Shown here: in pieces, positions 1 through 19,207 of the stretch | Layout of the letters: every line of letters begins with the position of its first letter | How positions within the stretch are numbered: the stretch's first letter is position 1 | DNA from: the human T2T-CHM13v2.0 reference genome, Homo sapiens | NCBI RefSeq assembly: GCF_009914755.1 | Contig: NC_060936.1 | Length of the DNA stretch: 64,000 nt | Reading direction: 5' to 3' (one strand) | Program-made: the position numbers and the translations under genes | The notes under the pieces: model-generated | Databases searched by the model: none | Told to the model about the DNA's origin: nothing | The model's input: the letters and a program-made list of their open reading frames with translations, nothing else

Positions 1-235
1 GCTGGCTGCTCCTTCTGGAAGAGCCCTTTAATCTGGGTTAATCGGCCATAGAGCCTCTCTCTCAATGGAGGAATGTGGTAGCTAGGGTCCAGAATGTTTG
101 TCACTCGGCGCTCTCTCTCTTGCTTCCATAACTTGTATGGGTGGGGAGGGAAGAACGGTCGTCCTCTCTCTCTTCGAATCTGTAACGTAATTCCACTTAC
201 AGCCAGCATGCCCCATACTGCCAGGATAATGAAGT
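1..235 (-). CDS. TM7SF3: TM7SF3 last coding exon, partial (DFIILAVWGMLAVSGITLQIRRERGRPFFPPHPYKLWKQERERR...FQKEQPA); stop lies beyond the window edge
   Basis: acceptor ttttag|AC at 235; frame open to position 1; last TM helix followed by basic cytoplasmic tail. Confidence 0.94.
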
Positions 236-1503
236 CTAAAAAACAGTAGAAAAAGTACAGTTTGAACTCTAGTATTTTAAAATCTAACATAATAATACAA
301 CCCTTCATGGACTAAATCTGTATATTCCTTTCTAATAGACTTTCTGGTGAGTTAGTCCAAACACATATGTAGTTCCTCAGTTACAAACCAAGGAATCAGT
401 AGGGAAGCCACAGTCTTATTTTTGAAACTAGGAATTTTCTATTACAGGCATTTGAAAGTCCAGACAGGTTGTAAAAAAATCAGTTGTTTGGATCCTTGGC
501 CTTCCAACATTATGTAACAAGTACCCACAGTTGTTTGTGTGTTTTTTCAGAGGGGGTTCGGGGAGGAAGGCAGTGATCTAGTTACACTTCACATATGTAC
601 ATCATGGAACATCAGATTCCACCACGCTCATTTCTTTCCCATTCCACTCTACATGGGGCCCTACTGCACTCACAGTGTAGGTATAGGAATGCATGAAAAG
701 ATTCAACCAATCGTACTCAGCTTCTAGTAAAGCTTCTAGCTTGGCAAAACACTGTCTGGTACTTAAAACTTGCAAGAGTTTTAAGGTTTTCAAGGATTTC
801 AAGGTCTCTACCATCAACCTCTTATCCAAAGGGAAAGCTCTGGATAGTAAAGGGAAAGATTTGCCCTAAAATAAAATCACAACAATCACAATTGTGCTTA
901 TGCAATATATCTTCAATTCTAGGACATGCTTTTTCACTCTCCACATGTCAACATTTCTGAAGTCAACATATCTTACAATCTGAACAATTCATGTGGTAGT
1001 CATTTTTTTCTTCAAAAAATTTATAGAAAATCTGTAATGGATAGAATCTTACAAGTGAGGGAAACTATATGCTTACTAATTAAAAACTCTTTCAACTAGC
1101 AAACTGCATGCTTCATTAAAGGAGGGAAACAAGGGAATAACTTAACATTAAATCAGGTTGTCATTCTCATCCCTTATTCCATCCCCACCCATAAGTCTCA
1201 AACATCTTTACTGTCAGTATTTTTCTCCCCTCTGAGAATGACCAGGTAAACCTAAATAATCTTGGAAATTTCTTAATGAAATTCATTTAGTAGATTTTTA
1301 TCTTCATCTTAAAATTTTAAATGCTTTACTCCCATGATCCTGAGTTATCATAACAGAGGGTTCTCACAGCATTGTATGCTGTGTTCCCTCCTTTTGTCCC
1401 AGTTGACTTTCTTTAAATTTAGTTTCCAAGTGCTCTGGTTAGCATAGGTGGGTCAAGACTCCTACTGTGCTGTCACACTGGTTTTTGGATTTAAGAGTCT
1501 TAC

Positions 1504-1666
1504 CATTAGTTTGAAAAGGCACATTTGTGAAAGCTCTGTGGAAATCCTTGTTGAGCGCTCTCTTGAGTACGTTCAAAGTGATGTAGGAAAGGCTTGTGGA
1601 CCAGTAACTGTCAATGGCTAAAACCACCGAATAGGAGCCAATGACTCCACAAGTCAGTATGTTCAG
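1504..1666 (-). CDS. TM7SF3: TM7SF3 coding exon 11 (LNILTCGVIGSYSVVLAIDSYW...PFQTN-D)
   Basis: 163 nt; acceptor ccacag|CTG, donor G|gtaaga; overlaps ORF 1439..1627. Confidence 0.96.
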
Positions 1667-2267
1667 CTGTGGAAGAGTGGAAGAGTTTAGGCATCATCCA
1701 TGTTAGAACAAAAATAGTTTATAACTCTCCACTGGCTTCAATCACAGGCAATCACATCTGCTCCCTCAGGCATGAAAAAGGACCAGACCCACTCAGAGCT
1801 GAACAGAAGTTCCCTGGAAAGATAAACTGAAAACAACCTTCAACATCCATATGAGTTCTTAAAACACAGTTCAGCTTATCCAAATACTATGGAAAATATC
1901 TTCCATATGAAGGAACTTCAACAATAAAATCTAATTAGAGGAAGAATCACTCTTCTGAAGCCAGTTGAAACTAATGACCCATCAGGTTGGTGTACTAGAG
2001 TAAGCACTACCTTCTCTGCTCCCACTGTTAAAAGCATATTGACTGTGATGCTCCATTTGGTGGAAAAAAAAGAAAAAAACAAACACCATGTGGTAATCAT
2101 AAATAGAACTTCGTTTTCACAGTAACAAGGCTATTTAGAATCAGTCATCTGATACAGGTAACACAGCCCTCCCCAGTGAATAAAACATGCAAAATGATGA
2201 AATAAGTGATCAGCTGAACACACAGGATAACATAATCAATAAATCTAACTTTTGATGAAACACTTAC

Positions 2268-2365
2268 TATTCTTAGGCAGCCCATGAAAACTACTGGAAT
2301 GAGGATAGCTATGCAAGAGAAAGTGACCCAGAATACACCATCATCATGAAAAATCTTTAGGTTTC
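2268..2365 (-). CDS. TM7SF3: TM7SF3 coding exon 10 (GNLKIFHDDGVFWVTFSCIAILIPVVFMGCLRI)
   Basis: 98 nt; acceptor tttcag|GA, donor ATA|gtaagt; translated by hand. Confidence 0.95.
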
Positions 2366-3479
2366 CTGAAAAAGCAAAAAGAAACTAAGAGTAAACAACA
2401 GCTTTACCAAGTTAGAGTTGGTTTCTTGGAACATCTGAACACAGATATACATCAAAGCCTTAAAGTAACAACCAGGGAATATGTTGGCAACTAGAAATGA
2501 ATTCTAATTTTCTTCATTTAACTGTCAATACAATCTTCTTTGAAGGATGTGTTCTAGAAGGTGGGTGGGAGGAACCAAGCAGGTCAACGCTCTGCACTTA
2601 TTAACAAAATCATTTAGAAGACACTGGAATAGTCCAAGCTCTTCCATTCACTAGCTCTGTGAACTTGAGCCTCAGTTTCCTAACCCTCAAAATGACATTG
2701 AATTATATCTCCAAGCTCTAAATCACCTGTTAGCTCTACATTGCTGACTTCATGATTTCATACTGCAAAATAAAAAATACAAGTAAAAGGCATTCAAAGT
2801 TAAGCCATGAACCCAATGTAAACAGTGAGTCCACTTAACAGATTTTTACCGTCAAAGCATGTCCTGTCATGCCACTGCACACTGTGACATGTGATTTCCT
2901 CATGTATCAGGAAAGAGGAACCAACCAACTATCTGCTCTTCCCAAACCCTTCTCCTGCTGCTGGACTCTAAAATGCTGCACAACTTAGGCCGACCCAGAA
3001 CAAATATATGAGAACTCCTCTTTATAAATTAAGTTTAAAAAGCAAGAATAGGCTGACTGCTGTTTAATACTGACACTGGCACCACCATTCAGTCCATCTG
3101 TAAATGGCCCCATACCTCAAGACCTACATATCCAGGTCAGAGTGGAAGACTGGGAGTCCCTAGGCTACAGGACTGGACCTTGAGACTCCATATTCTCTGA
3201 AGCCAACAGCAATATGCCATTGAGGTGAACTTATAGATTATATTCTCTAGTTTAACTATATTAACCTTCACAAAATACATATGTGGCTTTCTTGTAAAAG
3301 GCTTTCAAGAAATCTAAGTATTGAAAATAGTTACGATGCATGCATGTGAAGAACGGACCCTTTCAGAGAATAAGCTCATTGCTTCCCACATAAGGTGAAA
3401 ACTAGCAATCTAATCAGATTGTAGTGGTCAGCCAAATATTTTTTAAATGCTAATGCTTAAAAATATGGGTAGGCCTCTT

Positions 3480-4112
<633 letters not shown>

Positions 4113-4538
4113 TATGGGTTTGCACCCACTAGCATTGAGGAGATGATCACTCTAACGGTCCTTGAGCTATGAGATAGTTCATAAACAAACATATATAAAG
4201 GGTATATGCTAAAATTATTTTTACCAATAGGAATAGTTATGTCAAAAAGTTTAGAGACAACTGCTCTAGACTACTTTATAAAGTTGAAAATTAAGAGACC
4301 TCTTTATTTCTGTTTTCTCATTCCTCACATCTATCCTATGAGATAGTTTCACAGATGATGGAACAAAGTTTCAATACATCGTCCAAGGTTATAAGCTAGA
4401 AAGGGAACTAGTGACAGAGCCAGAATGCATATAGAAGGTTTTTTCCTGACTTTATAATTTATGCTCATTCTCCTCATGAAAAGTACATTAAATTACTAGA
4501 AATTATAACCTATCATCCCTCCATCCTCTAAGCATTAA

Positions 4539-4883
<345 letters not shown>

Positions 4884-5786
4884 ATTAGGAAGTATTTTAT
4901 TTAGCACATGTAGGGTAGAGCCTTGAATCTGTATTTCAAAAACATCCCCATGTGAATCTGTCATTTCGCCAAGCCTACACAACACTGCTTTTCATCAGAC
5001 TATCCAGTAGTCTTAGAAAAAAAAAGTCTTCAGAGAGACAAGGGACACATGACTTGTACTCTATTATATCCTGCATTCTCTATAGAGTTGACAGCCTCAT
5101 GAAATGGCTATTTTTATGTCTAACAGTCCCATCAACTTTATTCTAGTATTTTAAGAACATTGTCACAGAAAGGAAACAACCAAATAGAATACTTTTGAGT
5201 ACAGATGCTGTTTTTGTTTGTTTTTGACAATAATCAGGAAATGTAAGTTATTAAACAATGGCAAAGAAAGTTAACTTATAAGTTAACCAGATTTTAAAAA
5301 CTGATAGCAATTGAATTACTTTTTAAAAACACCAAAAAAACCCCAGAACCAGCCCTGTGCTACTGCCCCAGGGTGATTAAGTACCTGAGGGACACCTGGG
5401 GTTTGGCAGCGGATGGGAGTGGAGGTTGAGGGTACAACAGAAGACCAGAAACAAAGTACCAGGTTCCCCGACTCAGCTGCCATCAGAGCCTTTACCTCCT
5501 TATTTCCTTTACCTCCATTATTTCTAATAAACACATACCACTTATCACAACAAATAGATACAAAGCTACCTCTAAAGACATTCTATATTTCATCTACTGT
5601 GCCTTTGAGGAAGGAGGGACTTTTACTAGTCCTGGTGCTGTCTGAAAGTGTCACACCATCAATGCAGATTTCCAGAACTCCACAGGAGAAGCACTGACAT
5701 GCAACACCACTCCAGGATGCAAATCCAATTAGGCAGTATTCAAACAGTCACTCGAACACACAAAACATCTGTTACATATCGCCTAC

Positions 5787-5939
5787 CCAGTGGAGTAAAG
5801 AAAGTCACTGACGAGATGAGGAACCCCAGCACTAGTCCAACACAGAGCATGCAGATCGAGAGGATTCCAAATCGCCACCACACAGCTACCAAGAACATTC
5901 CACCGACGCTTCCAGTGACAGCTGTCAGAATCAGATTCA
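5787..5939 (-). CDS. TM7SF3: TM7SF3 coding exon 9 (VNLILTAVTG...FFTPL-G)
   Basis: 153 nt; acceptor gtacag|TG, donor G|gtaggc; in ORF 5740..5988. Confidence 0.96.
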
Positions 5940-6568
5940 CTGTACAAAGAGAGAGGATGAACTGCTGGATAACCGGCAGTACTTCCAACCGCGTGCCTTA
6001 GACATACAATACCGTTACCAGTGCCAGCTTCAGCTTTCTGTAGGTCAGGCACTGAGGGCTCTTCAGTGGTGCCATGAAGCCAGCATAGAGCAACCCTCTC
6101 TAGGGAGGGGTCTGGGCTGAGACAAGGAAATTAGCTAGGGAGCTAAACCTCACAGGGCCAGTGACAGGCTTGGCTTGTCAATAAATTGGGATTGAGAAGG
6201 AAAAGTTGACAAGCATTCTGTTAAACATAATGGGGTAGGGAGGTATCTGTTTTCAGGTAAAGAAAACCTCAACATTTTGCTTGTTGTACATCTCATATCT
6301 TCAACATATCACATAGCCAGAACACAGGTCTATAATCAATATGGCCCCTCCTTTCCCTAAGTACCAAGGAATTCACCATACAGATTAAAAACCCAGAAGG
6401 TCTGAATGAGTAGTTCAGAAAAGGTGTTCAGAGACTAGATGGACCATTATTTTACATAAGTAATAGGCTGTCACACACAATATAGGCCAAACTGTAGAAG
6501 GAAAGGTGAAGTAAAACACAGCACCTGCCTTCTTGAATACCCAGTTAAACTATATAATTTTCACTTAC

Positions 6569-6649
6569 CATCATACTTGATAGGTGTCAGTCTTGTAATC
6601 AGTATATAAAAGAAGAATCCCATGATGATAAAGCCTATGAAGAATAATT
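6569..6649 (-). CDS. TM7SF3: TM7SF3 coding exon 8 (ELFFIGFIIMGFFFYILITRLTPIKYD-V)
   Basis: 81 nt; acceptor acttag|AA, donor G|gtaagt; translated by hand, hydrophobic helix. Confidence 0.95.
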
Positions 6650-7808
6650 CTAAGTGGCAAACCACCAGGAAAGGAAAAAAGCAAAACAACAAAAGCTATG
6701 GTTAAGCACCCTTTTTACAGTGCAATTTAAATATTTAATCTACAAATACATGCTTAAGCTCCTGGAATTTACATGTTACAGCATTCAGAAGAAAAAAAAA
6801 ATCTAAAAGGCAGAAGAAATTCAGCAGCCATGGGAGTAATTATTATTAAACAGATACAATATTAAAGTACCAACTACAGGATACACTTTCTTGTATATAG
6901 GTCAGTTTCCATTGTTAAATTGTTATTTGTTCATTTCATAGCTCATTTTAATATATTTATGTTTTCTGCTTAAAATAAGAATAGCACTTTGTCACGTGTA
7001 TGTGATACGAAATTACACATTAAATTTTAATAGTTTTGTAAGCAGAAATAAAATGTAAAAGGTAAAAGAAACCCAAACTGTCCCAAAGCAAAATATAACT
7101 TTTATATCTTCTTTTAATTCATCCTATCCTGTTTAGAATGATCAATCATTACCTTCATCCATTAAAACACCTGGTAATGCAAGTATACAGATAACTTTGT
7201 TCCCACAAATAAGCCTAATCCTGATCATGGAGGCCATAGCTCTACCTATTTTCTTAAATTCTTCACAGCTGTTCTTGGTAATACTTGTACTGTATCTCAA
7301 TTTCAATAAATATAAAATGATACATATCAACACACCAAAAAAACCCAGAGTGAGGCATGGTGGCTTGTGCCTGTAGTCTCAGCTACTTGGGAGGCTGAGG
7401 TGGGAGGATCACTTGAGGCTAGGAATGTGAGGCTGTAGTGCACTATAATTGTACCTGTGAACAGCCACTACACTGCACTCCAGCCTAGGAGACACAGTGA
7501 GACTCCATCTCTTTAAAAAGAAAAAAAAAAAGCTAGTGATAACTTTGAGACCACAGCTTAGCAACTAAGTTCTTTGTTACAGAATCATTCTACATGTTGA
7601 GATATTATATATTCTTTACAATACTCTCTTCCCAATTAATAAAAAAAGTGTCATAATAGCAGGAAAGGAGTTGCTATTTCAAACAATTTAACATAAGTTT
7701 AAAGAGCTTTATTAGATCAGGATTACATTTGAGCTACCTTGATGCTCAGTTATACAACTTGTTGATTAAATAAGGATTTTTTAATAATCGAAAACATCAC
7801 TTATATAA

Positions 7809-8479
<671 letters not shown>

Positions 8480-8775
8480 CTGACAACCAATGTCTAATCT
8501 CGGTTATCTTTAGTCAACTAACAGATCTAGCAGCTGATAAAATTCACTGCATAATTGTATTCCCCTGTTAATAAGAGAAGGTTATACTCCGCTGTAGGGA
8601 GAATAGAAAAAAATAAAAATGCATTGCAACTCAGTAGACTCACGACTACAAGACCCCAGCTACAAATCTATGAAGATAGTAGAGATAAGTAAGTGCTTAC
8701 TCTCCTCACAGGTCATTCCCCAGCAACACTGAAAAGACTGCAAAATGGAAATAGCAACTACATTGGACATAATAC

Positions 8776-8862
8776 CTGTTTTCCAGAATCTGTGTCCAAA
8801 GAAACAAATGAAGAAACCAAGCAGGGCAAAAAGAGTGAAGAACACTTTGGAAGACACTCTTC
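8776..8862 (-). CDS. TM7SF3: TM7SF3 coding exon 7 (GRVSSKVFFTLFALLGFFICFFGHRFWKT-E; first TM helix)
   Basis: 87 nt; acceptor ttttag|GA, donor G|gtatta; in ORF 8660..8896. Confidence 0.95.
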
Positions 8863-10150
8863 CTAAAAAATAATGAAAATTTAGTGGATAATACATCCAA
8901 TTTGATACTTTGTATTAATATTTATAGAACGAACCTTCATCAAAAAAGCTAAGTGAACTGACATAATTTATCCCATACATGTATATTACAAATTTATCTT
9001 TAAAATACTCTTGCCACCCCTAATGAATGAACCTATGTAGACAATCAATATCAACAACTGCTGCTATAACAAAAAGAGAATCCAGACAATATATGCTTGC
9101 TGATAGCGGTATGGAACACTTCCTATGACATATTCCTGGGTAAAGTGGAGAGAAACAGAGAGAGAGTGTTCCTAAAACAAATAATCCTGTTTCTTCAACA
9201 AATAAACTGCATGGACAAAAGGTGGCAGGGAGTGGGGGGGAGGTGGTGGGGGTGGGTGGAGGGAGAATACAGGTTAAAAGAGATTTAAAAGACACATCAA
9301 CTAAATACTGTGTATAGATCTCATCTGCAACCTGATTCAAACAAACTGTGGAAAACAATTGAGATGACTCCAGAAGCAAACTCTGGCTGTTAATTTGATG
9401 CTATTAAAGAAATATTTTCAATATTTTAAAATGAAAATTATGTTAATGACACGGTGGTTCTATTTTTTAAGTGCTTATCTTTAAGGTATACATACTGAAA
9501 TATTTGTGAGTAACATGATGACCAGGGATTTGCTTTAAAATAATCCAGTGATAAAGGAGGGTGATGAGGTGGAGAGGCAGAGAAGCAGGTACAGCACAGC
9601 TGAAACAAGATAATGGCCATAAATCAAAATTGTTAAGGCTGGATAATTGGTGTATGGAGGCTCGCTGAAGTTTTTCACAATAAAAAATTTAAACCGAAAC
9701 TCACAATTTAAAAACATGTATTACACTTATAAGTTATTTATTATAATATTTATTACACATACACAAATTACTACCAGTCTTATCAATTATACATATTGCC
9801 TTGGAGAAAAATGTTGCATTACAACCAATGATGAAGCACGGTATCATTTAGTTTACTGAAGAGAAAAATATGCTCACTAAATTCATCACCCACCATCATG
9901 AGATAAACCCAAGAAAATAATCCCTGAACTAAAACCCAAAACAAGACATCTATACAATCTCATGCTAAAATAAAACAAGGCTGCCACAAATCAAAATACA
10001 TAAAATGCCTAAGAGTGCTCAGAATGGAGAAACCATGAAGACATACAGTAAAATAAGAAACACAGACAGAAGAGCAGAATTCACAGGGGATATAATACCT
10101 AAATATCAGCTTTTCTGAGAATAAGGAGCCCATAAGAAAGATTAAACAAC

Positions 10151-10465
10151 AGCCGGGTGCAGTGGCTCACGCCTATAATCCCAGCACTTTGGGAGGCCGA
10201 GGTGGGCGGATCACTTGAGGTCAGGAGTTTGAGATGAGCCTGGCCAACATGGTGAGAACCCCGTCTACTAAAAATACAAAAATTAGCCAGGCCTGGTGGC
10301 ACATGCCTGTAGTCCCAGCTACTCCAGAGGCTGAGGCAGGAGAATTGCTTGAACCCAGGAAGCAGAGGTTGCAGTGAGCCAAGGATCAGGCCATTGCACT
10401 CCAGCCTGGATGTCGCAGCCAGACTCCATCTCAAAAACAAAAAACGAAAAACAAAAAAAAAAAAC
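10151..10465 (+). mobile_element. AluS with TSD agaaagattaaac
   Basis: Full dimer; direct repeat on both flanks. Confidence 0.9.
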
Positions 10466-11162
10466 CCAGAAAGATTAAACGAAAGATAAAAACACCACAT
10501 TGTTTATTTCAGACCTGTGGTTGACTATCATTCTAGAATTTAATTTTTACACCAAAACCATTAAATTTGCTGGGATGATTTTCTCAAATGAAAATCCCGT
10601 GAACTTTTCAGCAAGTATAATCACCAAGACAGCAAGGTCTTCCAACCCAATAAAAACTAAGACACAGTTAGATACTCTTCCATAACATTAGAGGGGAACT
10701 AAATCCCCTATCACAATACCAGGAAGGAGGGAGAGAAACAATTATACAAGTAAAATGAGAGGGTATGGAAGGTTCCATCAAAAGCAGAATCTACGATAAA
10801 ACAAGACATAAAACAGGCATTCACTCTGGGGGAATGAAAGGAGTGAATAGACTAGGACAGGAGCAAGTTGAAGGTTAAAGTGTCTTTAACTATGACAGTA
10901 TTGCTAAGGGTTATGAACCACAGGGCAAGGTTTTAGTTAGGAGGCAATATGGATATAGTCTCCCTACTCCAAGCTCAGGAAAAGCACTCTAATACTCATC
11001 AATCTTGAAAATGAGAGTAACAATAGAACTAACATCACTAGGAAGGTTCAACTTTGGGCGGGAAGAACAACTGGATCAGAGCTCTCTGTCTCCTAAGCCT
11101 AACAGAGAGAGACAGGCCTGGGGGCCTTTCTATTTAGAAGGGGCTTTTGCATGAAGGGTTCA

Positions 11163-12610
<1,448 letters not shown>

Positions 12611-12669
12611 GCGGGATACGGCTCTAGCAGAGGTAGAGAACCATAATCTCTCGCTTGAACACAACTAAT

Positions 12670-13470
12670 AGACTTTCTTCTTTAGAGCAAAGCTCCTTGA
12701 AAGAGCTACTTGAACTTTCTCCAGTTTCTGTGCTCCCAGCTCCTATTTGTTCTTGAATATGCTCCAGTCAGGCGCCTACCCCACCTCTCCACTGCAACAG
12801 CTCTCACTGGTACCAATGGCCTCCATGTTGCTAAATCCAAGGGTCATTTTCAGTCTCTTTCTTAGCTGACCTATCAGCAGCATCTGCCAAAGTTGATTAC
12901 TCTCTCTTCCATGCAATACTGTCTCCCCTTGGCTTCAACATACATCACTTTCCTTTTACCAATCTGGCTGCAGCTTCTCAGCCCATTGGTAGGATCTTCA
13001 ATTTCCTAAGCTCTAAACATTGGAGCACCCAGGGCTCAGTCCTCAGACCCCTCCCTTTTCTCTAAGTCACACTGAGTGTGCCTGCCTCTCCCACCTCCCC
13101 TTCCACCTCTGCCTCCCCTTTATAGATAACACCATTTAGCATGAGGCCTTAAATGCCATATATTCAGTCTGAAGATTTCCAAGATGCTCTCCAGCTAAGA
13201 CTTTCCTCTGAATTCCAGGCTTATATATATAATCAACCATCAGTTAAACATCTGCACATAAATGCTCAATAGGGTTCTCAAACTGAACTTGTCCAAAACT
13301 GAACTCTTAATGTATCCTCCCAACCTTCTCCTCCAACAGTGCTTCCCACCTCAGCGAATGGTCGCTCTCTCTCTCCAGTTGCTCAGGCCAAAAACTACAA
13401 AGTCCTTTACACCTCTTTCTCTCAAACCCCTCATCCAATCCATCAGTACACTGTACTCCAAACATATCCA
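12670..13470. mobile_element. L2 remnant (continues ~15690-16385 after L1M/Tigger2/Alu insertions)
   Basis: gttgctaaatccaagggtc, cagggctcagtcct, aaactgaactctt; L2 3' end gttgaatgaatga at ~16372. Confidence 0.75.
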
Positions 13471-14169
13471 GCCACTCATGAGCCAAATCTGGAACAATTT
13501 GAACATGAAAATAAATGATAGTAAAGGATTTCATCCAGAGAATAAAATAGGAATCTACAGGTCCAGGTTTAAAATAAATACATGGATAAATAAATGGCAG
13601 GGGAGGGAAAACCCTTCCTCAGAGCAGGATGGCAACAAATAAACATAGAAGGAGTGATACATTAGAGAAACACCATTTGGCAACCACCTAGTAATAAATG
13701 TTTCAGGCAAAGATCACTGGATGCCAAAACTAGCAAGTGAGAGTTTGAGAATGGGATATTTACTGACACTCGAAGTACCTCCCCTAAAGACACTTAAAAA
13801 AAGGAACAGTTACTTCAGTGGAGAAACTTGGCAAGACACCAATAACCAAGTCATCAAGGATGTCACCACCAGTAAAGAGACAAATAAATAAAGAGACAAG
13901 TGTCTCCTGAGAAGGACACATCACTTCCTTTGTATTCCTGCCAAAAAAGCATAATCAAAATTTAATTATGAGGAAATATCAAAGTAACCCAAATTGAAGA
14001 CATTCTAAAAAAAATAAATATTCTGTACTTCTCAAAAAAGTCAAGGTCTTAAAAGATTAAAATTAAAAAAAAAAAAAAAGACTTGTTCCAGATTATACAA
14101 CTATAAAGAGACACATCGGTTAAATGCAATGTGGGATCCTAAACTGAACCCTGGACAGGGGAAAAAAAA

Positions 14170-14466
14170 ATTTGTTGACGGGGAGACGGGGTCTCACTCT
14201 GTTGCCCAGGCTGGAGTGCAGAAGCACAATCACGGCTCACTGCAGCCTCAACCTTCCTGGGCTCAGGTGATCTTCCCACCTTAGACTACCAAGTAGCTGG
14301 AACGACAGGCATGTGCCACCGCACCCAGCTAATTTTTGTATTTTTTGTAGAGACGGAGTTTCGCCATGTTGCCCAGGCTGGTCTTGAACTCTGGAGCTCA
14401 AGCAATCCGCCCATCTTGACCTCCCAATGTGCTGGGATTACAGGCGTGAGACACTGCACCCAGCCA
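14170..14466 (-). mobile_element. AluJ
   Basis: Reverse Alu dimer inside an old L1M segment. Confidence 0.85.
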
Positions 14467-14672
14467 AAAATAATTTTTTTTTACTTATAAAGGACACTAT
14501 TGGAACAACTAGTAAATGTGCTAACGTGTGAATTAAATAACTACTGTATCAGTGTTAGCTTCGTAATTTTGATAATTTTACTATGGTTATGTAAGGAAAT
14601 AAATACAGAAGTATTTAATGGCAAAAAGGTCTTTATGTCTGCAACTTACTCTCATATGGTTCAGAGAAGAAA

Positions 14673-14674
<2 letters not shown>

Positions 14675-14711
<37 letters not shown>
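14675..14711. repeat. (TG)n microsatellite
   Basis: Direct read. Confidence 0.95.
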
Positions 14712-14714
<3 letters not shown>

Positions 14715-14728
14715 TATCTATACATACA

Positions 14729-15526
<798 letters not shown>

Positions 15527-16451
15527 CATATAGAGAGAGAAGAAGAGAGAATGAAAAGCAAATAGCCTAATACATTAAGCTTTGAGGAATCTGGATGAAG
15601 ATTATACAGAAATTCTTTATACTATTTTTGCATATTTTCTGAGAAACCATTTCAAGATAAACTGCTAAATACACACACACACACACACACCCCTCACAAC
15701 ACCTTCACTGCCCCCATTCTACCTAACCTAGTTATCTCTCCCCTGGATTACTTCAGTGGCCTCCTAACCAATCTGCATTTCTGCTCTTGCCTCCGTCTTT
15801 TCTCAAAAAGCAGCCAGTGATCTCATTAAAATATCTTAGATCATGGCACCATTTGCTCAAAACCTTCCAATGCCTTTCCCTTTCATTCAGAATAGAAGCA
15901 AAATCCCATACTACAGTCTACAAGGCCACACACAGGCTGCCTGCCCCTGCACCTCTCACCTCACCTCTACTTCCTTTGCCCTCCTCGTTCTCCTGCAACC
16001 CCTGTCATCACTGCAGTTCTTCACACCCTCAGACAGGCTCCCAGGTGCAGGCCCTCATCCTGGCTGCTCCCTCTGCCTGGTACATGCCACACCCAGGTAC
16101 GTGCGTGGTGCATCAAGGACTGCCCTGGCCATGCTATCTATCTCAAATTTTCCTCTTACTGGCATGTGTTATCTCCCTTTCCTACTTTATTTATCTTCTT
16201 AGCACTCACCATTTTCTCACGTATTACATATTTTATAAATTTATCTTGTCTGTCTCATCTCCCTCACTATAATATAAGCTCCAGAACAAGTATTTTTGCT
16301 GTTTTGTTTACTGCTATGTCCCAGTGCCTAGAACAGAGAGTGGAATAACGTAGGGGCTCAAAAGGTATGTGTTGAATGAATGAGAACTAGACAAAAGCAT
16401 TATCTGCAAGGCCAAAGGAGAATTTGTAAAAGTTTAAAGCCACATACTCAC

Positions 16452-16629
16452 CTAGGGAAGCACAACTACCCTCTCCTGCCTCAAAGCTGCAAGCGTATGT
16501 GTGAGCAGGAATGTAGGCAGCAGATGTATTTAGAAACGGGTCCCAAACAATGACATTGTATATGACACCTTGTCCCGGGAGGGAGGAGAAGGAAACACTT
16601 GTCTTATCATTAGCTGTTAGGGTAACCAC
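16452..16629 (-). CDS. TM7SF3: TM7SF3 coding exon 6 (VVTLTANDK...EGSCASL-G)
   Basis: 178 nt; acceptor cttcag|GTG, donor G|gtgagt; in ORF 16387..16650. Confidence 0.96.
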
Positions 16630-17143
16630 CTGAAGCCAAAAATAACACATGATTAGTGTTTAGGGGATTTTTTTAAGCTATTCTGTGATAATCCCACCTA
16701 CGTGTAATATTAAATGGTATATTCATAAATTATAATTCTTGCTTAAAATATACACCAACCCATTTAATATGGTCAAAAGGCCATCTTACATGGTTTGTAT
16801 GTGCTAATGTAAACAAGCTCTCACACAAAATGCTTCCAAAGGTTTTTTTTAATAGTTTAAGGAAAATGCGATATAAACAATGTATAAATGCTAGTTACGA
16901 CCATGAAAAAAGTTTTTTCACCTCTGCTAGACTATAAACAAGGATGGGAACTGTATTTCTCTTGTGCACTGCTCTTTCCTCAGTGTACAGCCCAATGCCT
17001 AACACAGAGGATGTGTCCAATGTTAGCCACAGACTAACGCAGACAGTCTGTTAACATCTCGCAGACAGTACCCACTTATTTTTGTCTAACAGTCTCTGAA
17101 ACAAGAAAATATTACATGAGGTTTTGTTATGTAGTAGTAGTTC

Positions 17144-17453
<310 letters not shown>

Positions 17454-17907
17454 AGTAGTTCTTAACTTCAGAAATTCCATTGTAAACTATAAAATAGAAG
17501 AAACAAATGCTTTATAGAACCATAATACCTATGTTCCTACTAATTTGAGAAAAATAAATATTAGGGTTTTAGGAGAAAATTATTATGAGCCCTCCTACAT
17601 CAGACTACCATTGTTTAAAAATACTGCTTAGCCTTCAATAACTTGCTTCCTGGGCAAAGGTCTGGTAAAGTTCAACAAACTGTTAATATTACTCCCAAGT
17701 TACAATGAAAAGTTTAAACCAGACAGAAAAGTTGAATGAATAACACAATAAATAGACTATATACTGCCTAATATCAACAATTGTTAATATTTTACATTTG
17801 CTTCTCTATCACTAGTTTCTCCCCAACTCTACTTTTTTCCTGCTGAAAGTAAGTTACAGATATCATGACATTTCACTTCTAAACACTTCACTGTGCATGT
17901 CCTACCA

Positions 17908-18070
17908 CAGTGTTTCTCAAATTTAACGTGCTTGTGAATCGCAGGGGGCAGTCTTGTTAAAAGGTAGATCTGATTCTTAGGTCAGCGTGGTACTAGCAAT
18001 TGTGCCTTTCTAGAAAGCTCTCAGATGATGCCAATGCTATGCAAACACCTACCACACTCTGAGTAACAAG
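17908..18070. mobile_element. MER5-like hAT element
   Basis: cagtgtttctcaaattt...gatgatgccaatgct...accacactctgagtaac. Confidence 0.65.
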
Positions 18071-18080
18071 TTACTCAGTA

Positions 18081-19207
<1,127 letters not shown>

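Noticed and set aside
2855-2874. Second p53-like site AAGCATGTCC-TGTCATGCCA
   Set aside because: Three mismatches in one half-site, far from the promoter; plausible by chance in 64 kb.
17022-17100. Cluster of short direct and inverted repeats (gcagacagt twice, cagact/agtctg)
   Set aside because: Repeats of 9 bp or less; cannot be distinguished from chance without an outgroup.
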